From Promethearchaeota archaeon (GTDB taxonomy: Archaea > Asgardarchaeota > Lokiarchaeia > Sigyniarchaeales > Promethearchaeaceae): a stretch of 32,000 nucleotides of DNA. How positions within the stretch are numbered: position 1 is the stretch's first letter; each line of letters begins with the position of its first letter. The stretch covers positions 150,001 to 182,000 of the forward strand of contig JAFGBS010000001.1 in the NCBI GenBank assembly GCA_016933055.1. Direction: 5' to 3'. This document shows, one piece after another, positions 8,502 to 17,990 of the stretch. The translations under genes and the position numbers were made by a program. Under the pieces are notes generated by a model. That model did not search any database. It was given only the letters and a program-made list of their open reading frames with translations, and was not told the DNA's origin.

Positions 8502-9854
8502 ATGAAACTAATTGTAATAGGTGGAAATCCCGCTGGATTGTCTGCAGCTAGTGCTGTGAGAAGGGAACATGCGGATTGGGATATAATGGTGTATGAAATG
8601 GGTAATTATATATCCTATGGCTCATGTGGGCTCCCGTATTATGTCTACGGTTTAGTAGAAAAACGAGATAATTTAATGACATTAACTCCTGAAATTCTAC
8701 AGAAAAAACGAAATATCCCTTTAAAATTATGTCACAAAGTCACTGCGGTAGATTTTGATAAAAAAATAGTGAAAGTATTAGATATCAAAAATTCTCAAGA
8801 ATTACAAGATTCTTACGATTATTTGGTGATCGCTACGGGTGCAGAACCCAAACAACTGGCTATTGATCATCCCAATATTTTTTATCTACACACTATTCCC
8901 GATGCAGATAGAATTAAAATGGAAATAAAAAAGAAACCATTTACCTCGGGAGTATTAATTGGTTTGGGATATATTGGATTGGAGATGGTGGAAGCCTATT
9001 GGGAATTAGGGGTTAAAAATTTAACTCTAATTGGTCCACGGTTAATATATGTTACCGAGAGTCAAAAATATATTCGAGAGGAATTGGAAAAACACAAAAT
9101 AAGAGTAATTTTGGGTAACTATGTCAAAAATATAGAAATTCTTGATAATGACAAACTGCGAATTTCCTTGAAAGACGAACAAGTAGATACAGATTTTATT
9201 CAAATGTCAATTGGAGTGATTCCGAATACCACCCTATTTAAAAACACCCGGTTAAAAATGGAACAAGGAGCCATTGTGGTGGATGAGTTTATGCGTACAA
9301 ATATCGATGGTGTATTCGCTGCCGGGGATTGTGCAACAAGTTTTCATAACATACTTAACGAGAACGTATATTTACCTCTAGCACCTGCAGCAAACAAACA
9401 AGGACGCATAGCAGGTAAAACAATTGCATCAGAGGGAACAGTGGATTCTTTTTCTGGTATTTTTGGGACTTCGTTATGGAAAGTATTTAACTTATACTGT
9501 GGAAGGACAGGGATATCCGAACAACAGGCATTTGAGCTAGGGATACAGGCTGATCATATTCTCATTGAAGCAAATGAAGTAGCACATTATTATCCCAATA
9601 TGCATGGGAAATTAGGAGAGAAAATGTCAGTTTTATTAGTGTTTGATGTACTCAGCCATAAGCTATTAGGAGCAGAGATCACATCACCTAGTCCTATTGG
9701 AGCAAAAAAGATCGATGTACTAGCTACTGCGCTGGCTGCTTCAATGACAATTGAAGATCTGCAGAAACTGGATCTAGGTTATCATCCAAGCATTAGCCCA
9801 GTTTGGGATCCTATCCTCGTTGCTGCGAATGTAGCCCAAAAAAAATTGAAATAG
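8502..9854 (+). CDS. cdr: CoA-disulfide reductase / NADH oxidase family flavoprotein
   Basis: IGGNPAGLSAAS (FAD), SYGSCGLPYY (redox Cys), GLGYIGLE (NAD(P)H), AAGD and C-terminal YHPSISPVWDP. Confidence 0.88.
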   Translation: MKLIVIGGNPAGLSAASAVRREHADWDIMVYEMGNYISYGSCGLPYYVYGLVEKRDNLMTLTPEILQKKRNIPLKLCHKVTAVDFDKKIVKVLDIKNSQELQDSYDYLVIATGAEPKQLAIDHPNIFYLHTIPDADRIKMEIKKKPFTSGVLIGLGYIGLEMVEAYWELGVKNLTLIGPRLIYVTESQKYIREELEKHKIRVILGNYVKNIEILDNDKLRISLKDEQVDTDFIQMSIGVIPNTTLFKNTRLKMEQGAIVVDEFMRTNIDGVFAAGDCATSFHNILNENVYLPLAPAANKQGRIAGKTIASEGTVDSFSGIFGTSLWKVFNLYCGRTGISEQQAFELGIQADHILIEANEVAHYYPNMHGKLGEKMSVLLVFDVLSHKLLGAEITSPSPIGAKKIDVLATALAASMTIEDLQKLDLGYHPSISPVWDPILVAANVAQKKLK

Positions 9855-9857
9855 GAA

Positions 9858-10802
9858 TTAACTAAGGGGAAGCAGCATTTCATAATATTTTTTTATATTT
9901 TTTATAACCCACCACGTGGATTTGAACCCTTGAATGGCTGCTTTCTGGAGAGTAGCTTCTAAGAACTCTCGGTTCGGATAATTGGGTGGTACCTTAAGAT
10001 GTAATTCACGTATATTGTATAAAGATCGCCACAATTGAATTGACCAATCAACAAGCTTGAGAATTTTTTTATTATACAATTGTTTAGATTCCGTTGGAAG
10101 ATCAAAATCCATTATCCATTTATAGAAAAAAGTACCTTTTCCGTATATTTCTTCATCCTTTCTTCGTATACGATGCTTCTCAATTACCCCATGATCTTCC
10201 AATTCATACATTATGTTTTGAAGCTCCGCTTTACTAATTGTAAAACCATTGGATTCCAATTTAATAATGATTTTAAGATCACTAAGCCCTTTCAATTTCA
10301 TCATGGATTTATTTAAAGCTACCACAATGTATTTTTTGTCGATTAAATCTTGTTCCGAGGAAATAAACTGTAGTAATGAACCGATAAATTTTTCAGCAGT
10401 CATATATCTAACGGGATCGCGATCCTGTCGCTTAAAATCCTTAATAAATTGTCTAGATTCGTGGAAATAGGTATTAAATATAGTAGAAACTACGTTTCTG
10501 ATTAAATAGTAACCATCAATTAATGCAGTCTCCAATCCAGAGAGTAATTCAATTTTTCCTTGAATGGACTCATCAAATTTTCGTTTTTCAGCTGGAAACC
10601 GACGCATGGTATGAGGATTTGGGTTAATATCTTTAAAACTAGCCTCCCATAATTCCTCAAAAAACACATAGTGGGTATTTACTAAAGTCGACTCTCGTTT
10701 GATGATCTCCCAAAGTGTTCGTGTAAAGAGATCTTTCTCCGAGTCCTCACTCACATTTCTAACCTCAATTAGTCCTTTTCCCTCATTATTTTGGTTTACC
10801 AA
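9858..10802 (-). CDS. Hypothetical protein, helical N-terminus plus probable winged-helix domain
   Basis: 314-aa ORF. The segment ISKAELQNIMYELEDHGVIEK...FFYKW fits a wHTH recognition helix plus wing. The TTG start overlaps the upstream stop, so the start is uncertain. Confidence 0.65.
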   Translation of the reverse strand: MVNQNNEGKGLIEVRNVSEDSEKDLFTRTLWEIIKRESTLVNTHYVFFEELWEASFKDINPNPHTMRRFPAEKRKFDESIQGKIELLSGLETALIDGYYLIRNVVSTIFNTYFHESRQFIKDFKRQDRDPVRYMTAEKFIGSLLQFISSEQDLIDKKYIVVALNKSMMKLKGLSDLKIIIKLESNGFTISKAELQNIMYELEDHGVIEKHRIRRKDEEIYGKGTFFYKWIMDFDLPTESKQLYNKKILKLVDWSIQLWRSLYNIRELHLKVPPNYPNREFLEATLQKAAIQGFKSTWWVIKNIKKYYEMLLPLS

Positions 10803-11938
10803 CCAGGAGTGGCGGATTTTTCCACTTTGACATCAAAGTTAAAATCATATTGATCCAATCCTAATTCCTGTTTCATTTGGAGAAATTGTTTTTGAGTCTC
10901 TTTAGAGATTGGTACTCCTTTATTCTTTCTTTCTTGGTATGCTAAATATTCTTTTTCACCTGCAATATATATATGGTCGGCACCAGGTGCTTTTTTGGCA
11001 TTAGCAAGCTGTCTTAGTAAATCTCCCGTGATTCTCTTAAATTTCTCTAAATCAATCATGGAATTTATGTCGATAGCAAAGAAGAAGTGTCCAAGATTAT
11101 AAGGGACGAATTCTCCGTTGACAATACCCAAACAAGCTTGTAAATAGTTAGACTCAGTTAAGCAGGCAGACAAGATTTCGACAAAAGTAGCATAATTATA
11201 TCCTTTATATCCGGCGAGATCCTCCCCGATTCCTCCTAATGGAGTCAATGCTGCCTTAAATTCTAACATTTTTTTCAAAATTACTGGAGCATCTGTTGCA
11301 GCATTACCATTCTCATCAATAACCCATCCGGGGATTGCTTCTTTTCCAATACGTGCATAAGTTTCGATTTTTCCGCGTTGAGTAATAGAAGTGGCATGAT
11401 CCGCACACCAGTGAAATTTCCAGTCGGTCGGTAATGCAATTGTTAACGGATTAGTTCCTAACATTGGTTCTACTGACCAAGTAGGTGCAATAGATGGTCG
11501 AGCATTTGTACCACAAATTCCTATACAACCTTGATCTGCAGCCATAAGTGCATAGTAACCCGCAATACCGAAATGATTACTGTTACCCACCACAACCAAA
11601 CCTATTCCGTTCTTTTTTGCTTTATCAATCGCAGATTGCATAGCTTTTTTACTAACGACATGTCCCATTCCATTTCCTGCATCCCAACGAGCTGTTCCAG
11701 GGTTATCCTTTATTACAGTTATTTTGGTAGTAGAAAGTTGTTGTCCTCGCTTAATACGGGCATAATACATCATTAATCGTCCAACACCATGAGAATCAAT
11801 GCCTCGTTTATCCGATGTGATTAATACGTCTGCTACCACTTTCGCATCTTCTTCGGGAACTCCAGTTCCCATCATCACATCTTTCATGAAACGTTCAAGT
11901 GTATCAAAATCGACATAAGTATATTCTTCTTCTGACAT
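10796..11938 (-). CDS. Ldh_2 family oxidoreductase (type-2 malate/L-lactate/sulfolactate dehydrogenase family)
   Basis: DKRGIDSHGV, DAGNGMGH, NSNHFGIAGYY, LGTNPL, PLGG...GYKGY and PGADHIYIAGEKE. Confidence 0.92.
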   Translation of the reverse strand: MSEEEYTYVDFDTLERFMKDVMMGTGVPEEDAKVVADVLITSDKRGIDSHGVGRLMMYYARIKRGQQLSTTKITVIKDNPGTARWDAGNGMGHVVSKKAMQSAIDKAKKNGIGLVVVGNSNHFGIAGYYALMAADQGCIGICGTNARPSIAPTWSVEPMLGTNPLTIALPTDWKFHWCADHATSITQRGKIETYARIGKEAIPGWVIDENGNAATDAPVILKKMLEFKAALTPLGGIGEDLAGYKGYNYATFVEILSACLTESNYLQACLGIVNGEFVPYNLGHFFFAIDINSMIDLEKFKRITGDLLRQLANAKKAPGADHIYIAGEKEYLAYQERKNKGVPISKETQKQFLQMKQELGLDQYDFNFDVKVEKSATPGW

Positions 11939-12001
11939 AAGAAAGAGTTCTCATTTCTCAATTTTAAACTCTATTCTCAATCACACAATAAATTTCTACA
12001 A

Positions 12002-13885
12002 CTAGAAAAAAATTACATAATATATATTATATTTCCAAAACAACAAGAGGAAGAAATTAAAGATTGTAATAGAGATGGCATCTAATTTAGAATATACCAC
12101 TACTAAAAACACAGAAAAACTAACAACTAAGTATGGTAAAAGGTAATAAATCGCATATTTATACAACTGTAAAAATACAAAAACAGATGGAAAGCTTAAC
12201 GGTAAATACATCAATAAAATAAAGAAAAGCGTCTTGACATAAACATAATGATCTACAGAGTCTGGTTTACTAGCTTGAATGCAAATGAATTCTATAATCA
12301 CAATTTGCAGATAGAATATAACGGCAAAACGCAATAAAACATTAATCCCTGAGGATAAGAAATTAAACCCTAGCCAATGGTACATCATAAGATGTCCAAA
12401 TACCCAAAATGACAAAATAGTCTCAATCACTAATAGAACGATATTTGGCAGATCTAAAATAGTAAGTTTCGGTTTTTGGATGGGAGGATCTTTGATTTGC
12501 AATCGTCGGAAAAAGAAAACGAAAAAAATCCATATATACATTAATTGAAACGATAAGGGAGATCTGAATAATGTATCGCTCAATGTATCGTTGAAGTCAA
12601 ATACAGTTCTGAATAAATTTAAAAAACGATCACCTAAAGAAAAATATAATAAATTGGTTGAAACTGTGATTTCAAGAACATAAAGAAGTAAATGAATACC
12701 GATCACCGCTAAAATAATACTACGAAAGTATTCGGAAGTATCATAAAGATATTCAAAATCACGGGTAAATCGTTTTTCCAACCGCAATTTTTCGGAAGGG
12801 TATTGTGATTTGGTTTCGATTTTCAAAAGATTAGGAATCTCTATCAATTCGTTTTTAGTGCGTTCTTTTTTCCACCGATATATTTTATTCTTAATCCAAC
12901 TGAATTGAACGGGTATTAACTTGATTACATAGTACAAGAGGATGAAACCTATAACAATAATAACACCGATCATGATAAATAATGAATAAATACGTAATGA
13001 AATCGGACGCGTTGATACACTCTCTTCCGTGACATTTAATGCGTAATTCATCCATTCAATTTGCTTCTTGATGGCATTGGGGTTATATAATCCGGATCCA
13101 TGAAGGAAAAGTGGGAATTCAGTATTAATCTCCCGTGCAGTCCCGTTATTAAAATCACCATATAACACATTCATTTCTGGAAAATTCCATGCAAGGAGAT
13201 TAGATTCGCTAAATTCTGAAGTTCGGATAGGTTGATAATTATCTGTCAACACCAATAAGTTTCGAGGATTATCTTCTGTGATAGGATTCGAATATTCGTA
13301 AATAAAATCACGAAAGGTCCAGTAGGTGGTTGTATTCACGTACATATTGTAATAATCGTAATAATCTTCATGCAGTATTCGAAAAGTTCCCATATTAGCG
13401 GTAATCACCCCTTGAATCAGATCTGGTCGTAATCTAGCATACCAATAAGCAAAATGTGCTCCGTGAGAATGCCCCATTATTCCAATTTTCGAGTTATCCA
13501 CAATTGGATTTATCAAGAGATTATTCACAACCGCCTCAATTTCTAGAAAGGTGTAGAAGGTAAAATCGATTGTAAAACGGACAACCATGTATCCTTGACG
13601 AACATATTCTGACGTAAGAAGATTTAATGATTTTTCATCCACTAAATCTCCATGCAATAATATAACAACGGGTAACGTACCGCTGAAATCGATGGGTGTA
13701 TTGATTATATAATCTTTTTCGTAACGAATTGCTTCATCAGTTAGGGGATTAGTAGATATCACATTAATTGTTTTCTTTGATCTTGATTGGAATCCGTAGA
13801 TTATCAAAAAATGACCGGACACAAAAAATGCAAATATCGCAATGAGAACAAAATACTTAATCATTTTTCGGATTTTACGATTCAT
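12002..13885 (-). CDS. Membrane-anchored alpha/beta hydrolase fused to a polytopic C-terminal membrane domain
   Basis: N-terminal signal-anchor, VILLHGD, nucleophile elbow GHSHG, a candidate catalytic His (FLHGSG), then about 8 hydrophobic helices. ATG 13885 or 13864 is more plausible than 13936. Confidence 0.75.
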   Translation of the reverse strand: MNRKIRKMIKYFVLIAIFAFFVSGHFLIIYGFQSRSKKTINVISTNPLTDEAIRYEKDYIINTPIDFSGTLPVVILLHGDLVDEKSLNLLTSEYVRQGYMVVRFTIDFTFYTFLEIEAVVNNLLINPIVDNSKIGIMGHSHGAHFAYWYARLRPDLIQGVITANMGTFRILHEDYYDYYNMYVNTTTYWTFRDFIYEYSNPITEDNPRNLLVLTDNYQPIRTSEFSESNLLAWNFPEMNVLYGDFNNGTAREINTEFPLFLHGSGLYNPNAIKKQIEWMNYALNVTEESVSTRPISLRIYSLFIMIGVIIVIGFILLYYVIKLIPVQFSWIKNKIYRWKKERTKNELIEIPNLLKIETKSQYPSEKLRLEKRFTRDFEYLYDTSEYFRSIILAVIGIHLLLYVLEITVSTNLLYFSLGDRFLNLFRTVFDFNDTLSDTLFRSPLSFQLMYIWIFFVFFFRRLQIKDPPIQKPKLTILDLPNIVLLVIETILSFWVFGHLMMYHWLGFNFLSSGINVLLRFAVIFYLQIVIIEFICIQASKPDSVDHYVYVKTLFFILLMYLPLSFPSVFVFLQLYKYAIYYLLPYLVVSFSVFLVVVYSKLDAISITIFNFFLLLFWKYNIYYVIFF

Positions 13886-14316
13886 TGCCGGGTTCCTAGA
13901 ATTTTTGCAGATCCATTCATAAAAATGACAATACATACTATATGTAAAGAACTCTATATTAATTTTCTATTTTCGGTTTAAAAGAAAAGGGAATAGTTTG
14001 CGTGAAAATTCAAAAAAGAAAAGATTAAACCTTAGCTAAACCGTTTCATGGTTCTATTACGGATCCGACACCCATGGATAACTCATATACTTTTTATTTT
14101 TTTTTATTATGCCATAATATAACAGTCCTATAATTTTTCCAATGCCCGGAAGAAAAATATCATATCTGTCATCTTCATTCTAAATAGGTGTAGATTAGTT
14201 CGTGTCCACAAGATCCCGATGTAGGAACCTAAGGAAATTCCCTTGATTATCAACTAAACACAACGCAATTTTTAGTTATAATCAACTTCAAATAGCATCT
14301 TTTTTATGGGTAGATT

Positions 14317-15279
14317 ATGGACGAAAGCGAGACTTTTTCGCAAAAATCTGAAAAAAGAACCTTTTTTCAGCGACTCTGGAACGGAATTAAAAAAATTTCC
14401 CTACAACTCTGGGAAATGATTAAGAGATCCTTCCGCGAACACAGTAAAACCACGTGGATTTGGATAGGAATATTTATTTCAGTTCTGGTAATTACTGTTT
14501 TCCTTTGGATTGTACAATTCTATAATCCCGATCTTCTTTTTAGATTAATTATTAATTATATTGTAAAACCAATTTATGAAATTCGTTTCTGGGGACATCT
14601 CATCTTTTTTCTTGTTATGGGAATTCAAGCGATCCTTTTACCTATACCGTCTGAAGCGATTTTATTGAGTGGAGGAATGATTTGGGGTTGGTGGGGAATA
14701 CTAGATGGCATAATCGGAAGCATATTTGCTGGAGTTATTACCTATTATATGGTTTTAAAGGGAGGAAGACCATTAGCAGAAAAATTCGCTGGGAAGGAGG
14801 CAATTGATATTTTGGATCGTTTTATCAACAAATATGGAGCATGGGCAATTTTTATTTTACGTGCTCTTCCCTTTATGGCTTTTGATCCCGTTTCATTTGC
14901 TGCAGGATTAACAAAAATCAAGACTCGAACATACTTGTTAGCGACTTTTTTAGGTTCAGTTATTAGGGTGTTGTTTTTTGTATTTTTAGGTGAAGTACTA
15001 TTTCTACCAGATGGTGATATTGGTTACTATATAGAGCATCCACTAGAAATGGAATATGCAATTCAAGTCGGTGCACGTCCCTTTAATATCATGTCCATTA
15101 GTATTGTGCTTATTGGGGTCACATTTCTTGCTCTTTATCAATTTGTGCTTATGCCTTATCTCCAAAAAAAAGGGGAAAAAAAGAAATCTAATTCCGTAGT
15201 TAAACCAGTGGGAACCTTAAAAGTGAATGGGAAGGGAAAAGAAGAAGAACACAAATCCGGACTATCGGAAACCAGATAA
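14317..15279 (+). CDS. TVP38/TMEM64 (VTT/DedA superfamily) membrane protein
   Basis: QAILLPIPSEAILLSGGMIWG and LRALPFMAFDPVSFAAGLTKI re-entrant-helix motifs. Confidence 0.88.
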   Translation: MDESETFSQKSEKRTFFQRLWNGIKKISLQLWEMIKRSFREHSKTTWIWIGIFISVLVITVFLWIVQFYNPDLLFRLIINYIVKPIYEIRFWGHLIFFLVMGIQAILLPIPSEAILLSGGMIWGWWGILDGIIGSIFAGVITYYMVLKGGRPLAEKFAGKEAIDILDRFINKYGAWAIFILRALPFMAFDPVSFAAGLTKIKTRTYLLATFLGSVIRVLFFVFLGEVLFLPDGDIGYYIEHPLEMEYAIQVGARPFNIMSISIVLIGVTFLALYQFVLMPYLQKKGEKKKSNSVVKPVGTLKVNGKGKEEEHKSGLSETR

Positions 15280-15367
15280 ATCACTTTTTTTGGTTATAAT
15301 TTTTATTTATTCTAGCTTATAACTTTATAATCTAGTACCAATTGATAGATTCATATTCAACTGGTGG

Positions 15368-16642
15368 ATGAAAACATACGTGATACCAATCTGGGTTTCT
15401 TTTCTTATCACCCTTGCAATAATTCTTCTATTGGCAAAATGGGATTTAGGCATTGGGATGTTTATTGGAGCAATTTTTCTAGCAATTATGACAGTAGACC
15501 CTTATCGAGTCAATTTAGGAGAGGTATCATTAGTAGTATTTCTGAATCCTCAAAACATCTTTCTTGCGTTAGCTGTTACTATAATACCGTTATTGGGAGG
15601 TATAATGAACGAATCTGGATTGATGATGGAATTGATTAATCGTTTAGATGTGTCAAATAAATGGTCATTAATGTTATCACCCAGTTTATTTGGATTACTT
15701 CCAATGCCTGGGGGTGCGTTATTGAGTGCCCCTTTAGTAGATAAAATCGATCCTAATATACCCCCTCCAAAAAAAGTAGCTATCAATGTGTGGTTTAGAC
15801 ATGTATTAATTCTAATTTATCCGTTACAAGGCTCTATATTGGTAATCACCGAAATTGTTGGATATCCGAACCCTTACTTAACAAGTGGAGTTCTCCTTAT
15901 TCCATTTATAATTATGGTTACAATAGGATATCTTTATCTAATCCTAACAACTCCCAAAATCGAACGGAAGAATAACAGAAAATTATGGATTTTTCTTAGG
16001 GATGTGTTTCCTATCCTTTTAGCCCCTTTAATTGATATAATAGGGCGAATTTGTTTAGGACAATTGGAGAAAAATAATATAATTGTACCAAATTGGGTTG
16101 TTCCCGAGATTTTTTTGTTTTTCGGATTAATCTTAAGTGTGGTAACCTCCTTATGTTTTTCGAAAATCGCTCAATCAAAAGAAATCAGTTATATTCCACC
16201 GAATAGAATTTTCAGCATTTCCAAGAAGATGAAAGTGTGGAAATATCCTATTGTGATTTTTGCTATGTTCTTCTTTTTAGAAGTTTTCACTCGATCGGGA
16301 TTGCCGGAATTTATCAGCGCTCTTAATGCTCCTCTTTCTCTGTTACTTTTGCTATCTTTTGTACTGGGGATTGGTACAGGTAGAGTTCAATTACCAGGGT
16401 CGATTATATTTCCGATATATATGACCCAATTTTCTCTTACGATAGTACCATATTTCGACTTTGCATTGATATATTTTGCCATCTTTTTAGGGTATATTAT
16501 GACCCCTATCCATCCATGTTTAGCCTATTCAATTGACTACTTTAAAACAACTTACCCCAAATCTTTTAAACATATTGTAATTCCGTGCTTAATCGGATTA
16601 GCATCATTATTTGTAGTATATGGTATTTCCTTACTATTTTGA
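15368..16642 (+). CDS. DUF401 family polytopic membrane protein (putative transporter)
   Basis: GLLPMPGGALLSAPLV, NVWFRH and TPIHPCL motifs, about 11 TM segments, and a GGTGG SD-like site just before the ATG. Confidence 0.8.
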   Translation: MKTYVIPIWVSFLITLAIILLLAKWDLGIGMFIGAIFLAIMTVDPYRVNLGEVSLVVFLNPQNIFLALAVTIIPLLGGIMNESGLMMELINRLDVSNKWSLMLSPSLFGLLPMPGGALLSAPLVDKIDPNIPPPKKVAINVWFRHVLILIYPLQGSILVITEIVGYPNPYLTSGVLLIPFIIMVTIGYLYLILTTPKIERKNNRKLWIFLRDVFPILLAPLIDIIGRICLGQLEKNNIIVPNWVVPEIFLFFGLILSVVTSLCFSKIAQSKEISYIPPNRIFSISKKMKVWKYPIVIFAMFFFLEVFTRSGLPEFISALNAPLSLLLLLSFVLGIGTGRVQLPGSIIFPIYMTQFSLTIVPYFDFALIYFAIFLGYIMTPIHPCLAYSIDYFKTTYPKSFKHIVIPCLIGLASLFVVYGISLLF

Positions 16643-16694
16643 ATTGGTTAGAAAAACCATATAATTCATGTCATTTTGTTTTTAATTGGTATTA

Positions 16695-17990
16695 ATGGTA
16701 GAACTTCTAGCACCTGCAAAAAATATAAAATCCATCAAAGCCGGACTAGAATATGCGGATTCCTTCTATTTCGGATTCGAAAAATATAATATGCGCATAC
16801 AAGCGGACAATTTCACACTACAAGATCTCCCAAAAGTAGTTACATTGTTACATGATTCTAATAAAAAGGCATATTTAACTACAAACATCCTTTTCTATGA
16901 AGAAGAATTAGAGGATTTACGTAAATTATTAAAATTTGCTCAATCCATCGAGTTTGACGCTGCAATTTTGCATGATGTTGCAGCAGTATCGTATGCAAAA
17001 GAAATTGGGATTCCTTTTCATATAAGCACACAAGCTAATGTTTCAAATTCCGTTTCAGCTAAATTTTATGAATCATTGGGAGCAGAACGGATTATCCTTG
17101 CTCGCGAGTGTTCTCTTTCTCATATACGTAAAATCAGTAAAGAACTCCATAAAGCTGAAATCGAGGTTTTTGTCCATGGAGCTATGTGTACATCCATTTC
17201 TGGTAGGTGTTATTTTTCACAAGATGTATGTGGGGGAGATGATGCTTTTTCAGCTAACAGAGGTCGATGTGTGCAACCTTGCCGACGCGAATGGACGGTA
17301 ATTGATAACCAAAATAATGAATACTTATATGATGGAGTCAGATTCATGAATTCTCGTGATCTCTGTCTGATTGAATTTATTCCAGAATTAATCCAAGCGG
17401 GGGTGAAAGTCTTTAAAATTGAGGGTAGAATGCGTTCTCCCCATTATGTATATTGGGTCACCAAGATATATAGAGAAGCTCTGAATGAATTCGAAAAGGG
17501 TAATTTTACCATCGACAATAAGAAAAAAGTGGGTATGTGGATTCATGAACTAAAAAAAGTGTATAATAGAGGATTTACTCAAGGATTTTTGTTTCATCGT
17601 ATGCAAGCAAGTGATCATCAACCGAAATCTCCCACAAATTTATCTCATTGGAGATTAATCAAACTCGGCACGATTACATCTTATAACAATCCCATAGGAG
17701 TTGTTCAATTAACCAATGGTTTTGTCAAAGAAGGATTGCGAATCCTTATTAAGGGAGATACTCAATCGGATACCTTTTTTCATCAGAATATCCAACAATT
17801 GTACCTAAATGGAGTAAGAGTAAAAATGACCAAAAAAGCAAGCGAAACCCATCCAATTTCTGTCTCAATGAAATTTAACGAACCTGTTAATCCCACATCT
17901 GATTCTTTATACTTGTTCACAAATGCTACCTATAAGCACCGAAAATCGAGTTCCAAACATAAAAAGAAAAAAGAATATTATCAACTTTAA
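16695..17990 (+). CDS. Peptidase U32 family protein (Fe-S; RlhA/TrhP-type RNA hydroxylase family)
   Basis: ELLAPA, RIILARE, EVFVHGAMCTSISGRCYFS, NRGRCVQPCR and FKIEGRMR. ATG 16695 is preferred over TTG 16686. Confidence 0.9.
   Translation: MVELLAPAKNIKSIKAGLEYADSFYFGFEKYNMRIQADNFTLQDLPKVVTLLHDSNKKAYLTTNILFYEEELEDLRKLLKFAQSIEFDAAILHDVAAVSYAKEIGIPFHISTQANVSNSVSAKFYESLGAERIILARECSLSHIRKISKELHKAEIEVFVHGAMCTSISGRCYFSQDVCGGDDAFSANRGRCVQPCRREWTVIDNQNNEYLYDGVRFMNSRDLCLIEFIPELIQAGVKVFKIEGRMRSPHYVYWVTKIYREALNEFEKGNFTIDNKKKVGMWIHELKKVYNRGFTQGFLFHRMQASDHQPKSPTNLSHWRLIKLGTITSYNNPIGVVQLTNGFVKEGLRILIKGDTQSDTFFHQNIQQLYLNGVRVKMTKKASETHPISVSMKFNEPVNPTSDSLYLFTNATYKHRKSSSKHKKKKEYYQL

Noticed and set aside
14021-14095. 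Possible selenoprotein fragment (…GSVIEP-TGA-NGLAKV) or SECIS on the minus strand
   Set aside because: There is no upstream ORF of meaningful length, no redox motif and no convincing SECIS stem. No CDS in the window needs TGA read-through.
17987-17990. Convergent genes sharing a TTAA double stop
   Set aside because: A common arrangement in compact AT-rich genomes.
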